A DNA stretch of 41,096 nucleotides from a virus (Duplodnaviria > Caudoviricetes): IMG/VR virus record IMGVR_UViG_3300037419_001758, positions 1 to 41,096 of that record; one strand, given 5' to 3'. Within the stretch, counting starts at the first letter, position 1. Every line of letters starts with the position of its first letter. Below the pieces are notes generated by a model that was not told where the DNA came from, did no database searches, and saw only the letters and a program-made list of their open reading frames with translations. The position numbers were made by a program, and so were the translations under genes. Below, one piece after another: positions 34,690-41,096 of this stretch.

Positions 34690-34714
34690 ATGATAAAATT
34701 TCATTGGAGAGACG

Positions 34715-34948
34715 ATGCGCGACATTGATCTGGAACGAAAAGCGGTGCAGCGGTTGGCGTTGAAGCCGACCGGCATTAACCCGCGGCTGGACCGCATCTT
34801 CAGCGGCCAGGTGGGCAGCCTGCAGGCGGATGCGGCGATCATGGCGCTGCCGTTCCCGGTCGCCGGCCAGGCCCTCCAGGACCCGACCACCGGCGCCCTC
34901 TACGCGATGTATGACGTGGACACCTACGGCGCGACGTACGCCTCCTAA
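34715..34948 (+). CDS. Small tail-associated hypothetical protein
   Basis: GGAGA RBS; 77 aa; GC3-rich. Confidence 0.6.
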   Translation: MRDIDLERKAVQRLALKPTGINPRLDRIFSGQVGSLQADAAIMALPFPVAGQALQDPTTGALYAMYDVDTYGATYAS

Positions 34949-34951
34949 GCT

Positions 34952-36289
34952 ATGCCAGCCTCCGTTTTCGTGGTGGCGCAGACCACCTTCAGCGCGAACG
35001 GCACCCAGACGTTCAACCCGCCACAGGCGATACCTGCCGGGTCAATTCTGATCGTCCACTCGGATACGGGAGACTCGCTGGGGAGTCAGGTCACCACCTC
35101 GGACACGGCGAGCAACGTCTATACCACGGTCGGCGGCACGCGCCTTTGCCTTAACTGCAACGCGCTCTCCACCTCTGACACCATCACCTTCACCCTTTCC
35201 ATCCCCGCAGGCGGTGTGCAGAAGGCGTGTGTCGCGCTTATTGCCGTGGTGGGAGCGAAGACGAAGCGCACGCAGATTGGCGCCACCGGAGCGGGTGATT
35301 ACTATTACAACGCCACCGGCGCCACCTTCCGGAGTGGCGCGGGGTCTTACCCCTATTCACAAACGGCGGGAACAACCGCCGATCTGTCTGCAAACGGCAT
35401 CCCCACACCGCCTGGGATGCTGTTTATCATGCTGCCGCACACCCTGGCGAAGGATTCGGCGCCAGTCACGCAGCCCACGGACACGCCCTCGGGCAGCGGC
35501 TTTACTACCCTGCTCAACACGCTCGGTTATTCGTTTTTCGGCGCGATCAGCAATCAGGGAGCCTTCACCCTTAGCGCCGCTTACAAGCAAGTCACGGGCG
35601 ACGGGAACGGCACGGTGGCGAGCGGCACGATCAATACGACCGTAGCTGGCACTACCACCACGAGCTGGAACCTGTTCGGCTTTGTGGTCATGCCAGGGAT
35701 CTCCAATCCCTTCGCTCTTCATCCGCCCTTTCGCGGCTTCCGCGGCCTCTATTCCAAGGACGGCGACATCAAGGGTCGCTCCGCGTTCACTTCCGGACCG
35801 ATCTCCCTCGGCTCCGAATTCTCCATCACCGGCGGCACGAACGACAGCGAGCCCGCGGTGGCGTCCGGCACCCAAAAGGGCATCGCGGAGCGGTTGGTCC
35901 TGCTCTTCACACGCGGCACAGACGTCTACCTGTCCCACAGCGACGGTGACGGCGAGCCTGGCACCTGGAACACCCCTACGCTTATGTTCAGCGGCTGCAA
36001 ACACCCCGATATCTCGTACGACCGCACCAGCAAGACCTGGTTCTATTTGGCGCGGGAGACCAGCACCGGCCACCTGCTCGGTTCGATCCAGGGACCGGGA
36101 GACACGCCCCTTCCCGCGTTCACGCTCACGAATGACAGCGGGTCTCCGCTGGTGGTGGACGACGATACCGCGCGGGTGGCACCGGCAGAGGATGGTCCGC
36201 GCCGCTGGCGGCTGGCCGCGATGATCAGCGGGGCGTACACCGTGTGGAAGTGTACGGACGACGGGAGTTCGTGGAAGCAGGAGATTTGA
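34952..36289 (+). CDS. Tail/receptor-binding protein, Thr/Gly-rich with propeller-like C-terminus
   Basis: SDTASNVYT; Asp-box-like SHSDGDG..GTW and CTDDGSSW. Confidence 0.6.
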   Translation: MPASVFVVAQTTFSANGTQTFNPPQAIPAGSILIVHSDTGDSLGSQVTTSDTASNVYTTVGGTRLCLNCNALSTSDTITFTLSIPAGGVQKACVALIAVVGAKTKRTQIGATGAGDYYYNATGATFRSGAGSYPYSQTAGTTADLSANGIPTPPGMLFIMLPHTLAKDSAPVTQPTDTPSGSGFTTLLNTLGYSFFGAISNQGAFTLSAAYKQVTGDGNGTVASGTINTTVAGTTTTSWNLFGFVVMPGISNPFALHPPFRGFRGLYSKDGDIKGRSAFTSGPISLGSEFSITGGTNDSEPAVASGTQKGIAERLVLLFTRGTDVYLSHSDGDGEPGTWNTPTLMFSGCKHPDISYDRTSKTWFYLARETSTGHLLGSIQGPGDTPLPAFTLTNDSGSPLVVDDDTARVAPAEDGPRRWRLAAMISGAYTVWKCTDDGSSWKQEI

Positions 36290-36292
36290 TAG

Positions 36293-37192
36293 ATGGCGAC
36301 CGTTTACACCCTCATCGCGACCAAGTGCCCGGCCATCCCCGCGCGGACCACGTTCCTCGACTACACCACCGGCGCGGCGGCGCTGTATCCGGATGAGAGC
36401 ACGCAGGCGACCATCAGCAAGACGCGCGTCGGCGCCATCAGTAAGAAGGTCGAGGCGGCGTGTGCGGGAGGCACTGGTGCCTACGCCATCGACTACGGAC
36501 TGGCGCTGACGGACTCCGGCACCTCCCTGGTCCTGGCCGTGGCGACGGGGCAGGCGACGATTGATGGTCCGGTGATCCTGGGCACTGCGGGCACGGTAGG
36601 ACTGACGGACAATGTGTACAACTGGATCTACCTGCTGCAGAACGGGACGCTGACCAAGACCAGCAGCGCTACCGACACCCCGCCGGCCGCGCCCTCCTCC
36701 ACCTGCGTCTTCCTGGGCCGCGTGACCGTGGCTTCCGGCGCCATCACGCAGATCGACGGGTCCGGCGTGCTGTACTTCCGCGGCGGCTCTCTCTGCCGCC
36801 AGACCGGAGACGCCACGGTCCCCGGCGACACCCCGCCGTCGCTGTTGATCCTCACCCAAACCCTTGCCGGCCGCTATCTCTGGGACGGCTCCGCCTACGT
36901 GGCTCTCCGCAACCAGGATGGACGGCTTGCCAAGACCATCACCGATGCCAACTACACGTTAACCTCCACCGAGTATGTCAAGCGCATCCTCGCCATCTCC
37001 GGCACGCTGACCGCCGGCCGGGACATCGTTCTGCCGAACATCGACGGGTACGAGTACATCGTGTTCAACAACACGACCCAGATCCTCACGTTCAAGGTCA
37101 CAGGGCAGACCGGAGTCGCGGTGGCGGCGGGGAAGCGGGCCATCCTCTACTGCAACTCGGTCGATTACGTGCGGGTCACCGCAGACACGTAG
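36293..37192 (+). CDS. Tail fibre-like structural protein
   Basis: LAVATGQATIDG, LGRVTVASGAITQID, ISGTLTAGRDIVLP...VFNNTT. Confidence 0.65.
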   Translation: MATVYTLIATKCPAIPARTTFLDYTTGAAALYPDESTQATISKTRVGAISKKVEAACAGGTGAYAIDYGLALTDSGTSLVLAVATGQATIDGPVILGTAGTVGLTDNVYNWIYLLQNGTLTKTSSATDTPPAAPSSTCVFLGRVTVASGAITQIDGSGVLYFRGGSLCRQTGDATVPGDTPPSLLILTQTLAGRYLWDGSAYVALRNQDGRLAKTITDANYTLTSTEYVKRILAISGTLTAGRDIVLPNIDGYEYIVFNNTTQILTFKVTGQTGVAVAAGKRAILYCNSVDYVRVTADT

Positions 37193-37208
37193 GAAAGGAC
37201 AACCGAAC

Positions 37209-38189
37209 ATGCTCACCCGCTACACCCGCCAGATGGCGGGTTTTTTGTTGCTCTCCTTCGCCTTCGTCCTGGCCGGCTGCCCGACGGCGGTACCGGCCAA
37301 ACCCCTATCAGCGCCCGATCAAAGTGTGCAAAAATCAACCCAAGCGCCAGCGGTGCAATTCCTGTGGTATTGGGGTCCGCCCTCGCCACCGCCGGATGTC
37401 GCGCAGCTCCGCGCAGCCGGCATCACCGGGATTCTGGGACCGGCGGCCAACAGCCTGCACTTCCAGGTGCAGAACGGGCCGCTCTCCCTGGACGACGCCC
37501 GCGCCGACATCAAGCCGCTGGTCGACGGTGCGCAGGGCCTTCCCGTGTGGCTGGCGGTGGGCGCCGTAAAGCAGGGGACCGTCTCCCCGCCGACGCCTCC
37601 GCGCACGTTCTGGGACCCTAGCGACCAGGCGCAGCGATCGATGGTGTTAGCCAACCTGGGCAACGTCTCACGCGCGGCGAAAGAGCTGGGCGTGGCGGCG
37701 CTGGGCTTCGACACGGAATCAATGGTGCCAGGCCCGCAGGTCTACGCGGACGGGTCAGCGCAGCAGCTTCGCTCCATCGGCGCAGACTGTGCCCAGGCGC
37801 TCCGGAGCAACTACGGCGGGGTGCAGCTCTTCGCGCTGGGGCCGCTGGCGGGGGCTCCGGACGGGTTCCGGAAGGTGTGGCACGGATTCACTGCTGCCGG
37901 CAACGTGGTGTTCTTCACGGAGGACACCTACGGCCTCTCCGGCATGGACCCGAAGGGCGTGCGGCAGGCGCTCTCCCGCTGCGCAGATGTCACCGGGGCC
38001 AAGAGCCCTGCGGCAGGCTGGTATGCCAGCACGAAGGCGCCGAACGTGCCGCAGTGGTTTCAGGCCGCCACGCCGCAGCTTCAGGCGGCGGCGAAGGTCA
38101 GTCCCTACGTGCTGGTCTACCGCGAAGGGACGATGCAGCCTCCGGAGTGGGACGCGCTGGGCCGGACGCTGCACGCGGTGCAGCAGTGA
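37209..38189 (+). CDS. Lipoprotein with TIM-barrel glycoside-hydrolase-like domain
   Basis: Signal peptide II FLLLSFAFVLAG|C; alternating beta/alpha pattern; LGFDTE acidic motif; AGGAAAGG RBS. Confidence 0.65.
   Translation: MLTRYTRQMAGFLLLSFAFVLAGCPTAVPAKPLSAPDQSVQKSTQAPAVQFLWYWGPPSPPPDVAQLRAAGITGILGPAANSLHFQVQNGPLSLDDARADIKPLVDGAQGLPVWLAVGAVKQGTVSPPTPPRTFWDPSDQAQRSMVLANLGNVSRAAKELGVAALGFDTESMVPGPQVYADGSAQQLRSIGADCAQALRSNYGGVQLFALGPLAGAPDGFRKVWHGFTAAGNVVFFTEDTYGLSGMDPKGVRQALSRCADVTGAKSPAAGWYASTKAPNVPQWFQAATPQLQAAAKVSPYVLVYREGTMQPPEWDALGRTLHAVQQ
37224..37246 (+). terminator. Terminator-like hairpin inside the 5' end of the lipoprotein gene
   Basis: ACCCGCC-AGAT-GGCGGGT followed by TTTTT. 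Confidence 0.55.
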
Positions 38190-38194
38190 GGCAG

Positions 38195-38242
38195 TTATCA
38201 ATTGTAATACAGGCGCTTCACCGGTCGTATTTCAAATGGTAA
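38195..38242. other. attP-like site of the serine integrase
   Basis: AT-rich imperfect inverted repeat TTATCAATTGTAATAC / GTATTTCAAATGGTAA (13/16 match) around a 16-bp spacer, at the integrase 3' end. Confidence 0.7.
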
Positions 38243-39725
38243 AAGACCAGTGCGGGCGCAGGACCAAGTCGCGCCCGCGCTCCCACTCCTCCACGGTGAA
38301 GTGACGCGCCAGGCCCAGGAGGGACGCCCGCTGGCGGGGATAGGTGACACCGTGGGCCAGCTCCGCCCGAATGGCGGCCACCAACCCCCGCATCTCATCC
38401 CGCGCCAGCAGCGTCTCCGTGCAGCTCTCCAGGCGCGTGGTCAGCGCCGCTTCTCGCGCTTGTAGCGCTCCCTCGTTACTGCGTAGGGTGGAGAGAGCGG
38501 AGCGCACCTCGCCCTCATCCGCCAGCCCTTCGGCCAGGATCGTCAGCAGTCGTTTCCGCCCCTGCCGCAGCTCCGCTAACTCCTTGCGCACGGCGGTCAA
38601 TTCGTCCTGCTCCTGCCGTCCCACCTGGGGCGCGGGACTGGCGGCCAGCACCCTTTCCAGTGCGTCCGGATCATGGATGACCGTTTCCGCGTGCCGCCAG
38701 GCCACGGCATCCGCCTGGGCGCAGGGGATCTGCGGTAGTCCGCAGTGCGCCTCGCCGCGAAAGACGCGCCGGGGGTCGGTCTGGGACGTGCAGCGGTAGT
38801 AGGAATAGGTGCCGTAGCCGCGGTAGACGGTATAGGCGTCCAGCGTCTTGCCGCATCTCCCACAGCGCAGCAGCCCGCGCAGCAGGTAGTCGCGGCGGGT
38901 ATTGCGGGTGGCCCGCCGCTTTCGCTCCGCCGCCAGCGCCCGCGCCTGGTGCCACGTCTGGTCATCCACGATGGCCGGCACCGGATGGGTGATCGTCTCG
39001 CGCGGACCATGCACCCCGTAATGGTGGACACCGCGGTAGTCGGTCATGCTCAACATCCGCGTGATCGCCGCCGGTTGCCATTCCGCGCGCCCGTTTCGCT
39101 GGAGCGCGCCGCGGCGGTTCAGCTCGCGGGCGATGGTGAGGCCATTCTGACCCGGCTGCAGGTAGAGCCGGTACACCTCGCGCACCACGGCGGCTTCGAC
39201 TTCGTTGATGACCAGCCGCGCCTCGCGCCCCCGCCCTTCCACGCGGTAGCCGTAGGGCACCACGCCGCCCAGCCAGCCCCCTTCCCGCGCGCGTCTTCGT
39301 GACCCTTCCGTGGTGCGCTCCACGATGGAGTCCCGGTCCATCTCGGCCTGGCCCGCCAGGATGGTCAGCAGGAAGCGGCCGGCAATCGTGGTGGTGTCGA
39401 TGGGCTCACTGATGCTCCGCACGTGGACGCCGCGCTGCTGGAGCGTGTGGACGTTGTTCAGGATGTGCCGCGCGCCGCGTCCCAGCCGATCCACCTTGCG
39501 GACGTACACCACGTCACCAGGCCGCGCGTATTCCAGCAGCTTGGCCCCTTCGGGACGCTCTTCCAGCGGCACCGTACCCGTGGCGCTGTCGTCCAGGAAC
39601 CATTTGTCGCAGACGAGCTGCGAGGAATGGAAGAAGCCGGTCAGCAGGTCCACCTGCATCTGGATCGTCTCCCGCTCTCTTTGCTCGTCCGAAGAGGTTC
39701 TACAATAGATGAGATTCCGGATCAT
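38232..39725 (-). CDS. int: Large serine recombinase (integrase)
   Basis: IYCRTSSDEQ catalytic Ser; VDRLGR; GGVVPYGY; EAAVVREVY; YLLRGLLRCGRCG Zn ribbon; YYRC; coiled coil. Confidence 0.95.
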   Translation of the reverse strand: MIRNLIYCRTSSDEQRERETIQMQVDLLTGFFHSSQLVCDKWFLDDSATGTVPLEERPEGAKLLEYARPGDVVYVRKVDRLGRGARHILNNVHTLQQRGVHVRSISEPIDTTTIAGRFLLTILAGQAEMDRDSIVERTTEGSRRRAREGGWLGGVVPYGYRVEGRGREARLVINEVEAAVVREVYRLYLQPGQNGLTIARELNRRGALQRNGRAEWQPAAITRMLSMTDYRGVHHYGVHGPRETITHPVPAIVDDQTWHQARALAAERKRRATRNTRRDYLLRGLLRCGRCGKTLDAYTVYRGYGTYSYYRCTSQTDPRRVFRGEAHCGLPQIPCAQADAVAWRHAETVIHDPDALERVLAASPAPQVGRQEQDELTAVRKELAELRQGRKRLLTILAEGLADEGEVRSALSTLRSNEGALQAREAALTTRLESCTETLLARDEMRGLVAAIRAELAHGVTYPRQRASLLGLARHFTVEEWERGRDLVLRPHWSFTI

Positions 39726-40225
39726 CGGTGGTAGTTCTCCAGGCGCAGGCGCAGCTCTTCCGGCGTGCATCCCGACCGCGCCAGGATGGCGGCTTCATCC
39801 TCAAAGCCCTGCGTCATAATCACCTCCCAGGGCAGCTTCCAGGCCAGCACGAACCGGCGCACCTCGGATTCGTTGCACTGGTCCTCCCGGATCTCGAACT
39901 TCGGCCCGAGCATCCCGCCCAGGCGCATCCCCGAGAGGAAGCAGTGGCCCAGCTCCTCCAGCAAGTCCGCGGTCATCTGCTCCTCACTCTGGCGCGTGGA
40001 GATCACGATCAGCGCCCGCTCTCCTGGTAGCGCCCAGGTGAAGCTCTTGGGCTCCTCCGCCAGCTCCACTTCGATCTTCCCCTCGCACATCGCCGCCCAG
40101 GCCAGCCGCCACACGTCCGGATCCTGGGGGAAATCCGCCATCCGCAGCACCCACCGGGCGTGTGCTGCCCACTCCTCCGCCGTTAATCCCATCCGTCGCA
40201 CCGTAACATCCTCGCCAGTCGCCAT
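39722..40225 (-). CDS. ImmA/IrrE-family metallopeptidase (anti-repressor type)
   Basis: LLEELGHCFL (HExxH variant), downstream E..V..F...W.LP; lies between repressor and integrase. Confidence 0.7.
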   Translation of the reverse strand: MATGEDVTVRRMGLTAEEWAAHARWVLRMADFPQDPDVWRLAWAAMCEGKIEVELAEEPKSFTWALPGERALIVISTRQSEEQMTADLLEELGHCFLSGMRLGGMLGPKFEIREDQCNESEVRRFVLAWKLPWEVIMTQGFEDEAAILARSGCTPEELRLRLENYHR

Positions 40226-40337
40226 TAACTAGCAATCTTATGTTTGCATTTACGGTACGCGACAACCTTCCGGGAGTGTCAATTGGTGCCGAGGAGGCGC
40301 TGTGAGGAAAGTCTGCTATGCTTCCACTAGAGAGGCG

Positions 40338-40571
40338 ATGATAATGACCCTGGCCGAAGCCATCACTGTGCTGAACCAGAGACGCCATCGCGGCGCCGAA
40401 TGGAGCGTTTATTCGATGGCGCCCCAGAGGGAGTTCGCTGTGGGGTACTCCGTCGGCCAGCCCGCGGTTGAGCTCACTCCCTTCGAAGCAATAGCGGTCG
40501 CCGAGAAGTACACGCGCTTGCCCCCAGAAATCGGCTGGACCGAACTGGAACCTCTACTGGCGGCGTGGTAG
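40338..40571 (+). CDS. Hypothetical protein
   Basis: GAGAGG RBS; extended -10 TGcTATGCT at 40314-40322. Confidence 0.55.
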   Translation: MIMTLAEAITVLNQRRHRGAEWSVYSMAPQREFAVGYSVGQPAVELTPFEAIAVAEKYTRLPPEIGWTELEPLLAAW

Positions 40572-40636
40572 AACTCACGGCGTGTAGAAACCGCGCGCAA
40601 CGAGCTGCTGAAGGGTGTATTCGCCCATACCGGCGA

Positions 40637-41092
40637 CTACATTACCGGCCGCCGTGGGTCCCCGAACAGGCCCTGCTCCACGCGGCGCCGCATCCCCGCC
40701 ACGATCTCCCGCGCCTCGTCCGGTCCCTTGATGCTGCGCACGCCGCCGCTGAAGTGGGGGAGCGGGATGGGGAGGTGCGGGTAGTCGGCCTGGAGCCGGC
40801 GGAACTCCTCATAGAAGGTGTCCGCGCCGTCAAGGGTGGCTTCGGCTGCGGTGTCTTCCACCGGCTCATAGCCGTAGAGCTCTAACCACTCGTTTACCGG
40901 CAGCCTGAAGCCGCGCGCGAACGCTACCACCTTGTCCATCCGGACAACCTCGCCCGACCGCATCCGGCCCAAGGTATCGATGTCGATCCCCGTGCGGATA
41001 CGTGCCTGGCGCAGGCTCAAGCCGTGCTCCCGGATTACCCTGTCTACTGCTTCCCCTGCCGCCTGGTTGATATGGGACATAGTGGCCGTCAT
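40637..41092 (-). CDS. XRE-family HTH phage repressor
   Basis: GLSLRQARIRTGIDIDTLGRMRSG...VVAFARGFRLPVNEWL; divergent from the cro-like gene across the junction. Confidence 0.8.
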   Translation of the reverse strand: MTATMSHINQAAGEAVDRVIREHGLSLRQARIRTGIDIDTLGRMRSGEVVRMDKVVAFARGFRLPVNEWLELYGYEPVEDTAAEATLDGADTFYEEFRRLQADYPHLPIPLPHFSGGVRSIKGPDEAREIVAGMRRRVEQGLFGDPRRPVM

Positions 41093-41096
41093 CAGA

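Larger units (their letters stand above)
1..41096. mobile_element. Temperate phage genome (siphovirus-like Caudoviricetes), apparently complete and circularly permuted
   Basis: Ordered modules for switch, replication, lysis, packaging, head, non-contractile tail, serine integrase and repressor. The ends join into a coherent repressor promoter. No host housekeeping genes seen. Confidence 0.93.

Noticed and set aside
40250-40283. Minus-strand TTGACA promoter for the peptidase-integrase operon
   Set aside because: The best -10 (TACCGT) is 19 bp away; spacing too poor to call.

Overview
The window looks like the complete ~41.1 kb genome of a GC-rich temperate siphovirus-like phage in its excised, circular form, opened between the repressor and cro-like genes. 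Two things support this. The repressor ATG at the right end (41092, - strand) joins a -35/-10 promoter at positions 2-30, and an intact attP-like inverted repeat (38195-38242) sits at the 3' end of a large serine integrase. Gene order: lysis/lysogeny switch; early genes including a DUF2303/YfdQ-like pair; AEP-primase/DUF927 helicase with iteron origin; DinG helicase; RuvC-like resolvase; HD hydrolase; HTH late regulator; late promoter with structured leader; lysis region; terminase, portal, scaffold and capsid; neck and tail genes with a -1 frameshifted chaperone; lipoprotein; attP; integrase; ImmA/IrrE-like peptidase; repressor. The most unusual items are (1) two beta-hairpin, DUF2589/Trypco-like proteins in the lysis cassette, (2) a GNAT-like effector plus a small acidic partner in the MuF slot behind a chimeric portal tail, (3) an ART-fold plus HTH moron with a consensus promoter, (4) two D-armless tRNA-like elements, and (5) a cluster of single-base frame disruptions at 10.1-13.2 kb. 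All family calls come from motif recognition by eye; no database search was run and the host cannot be determined.
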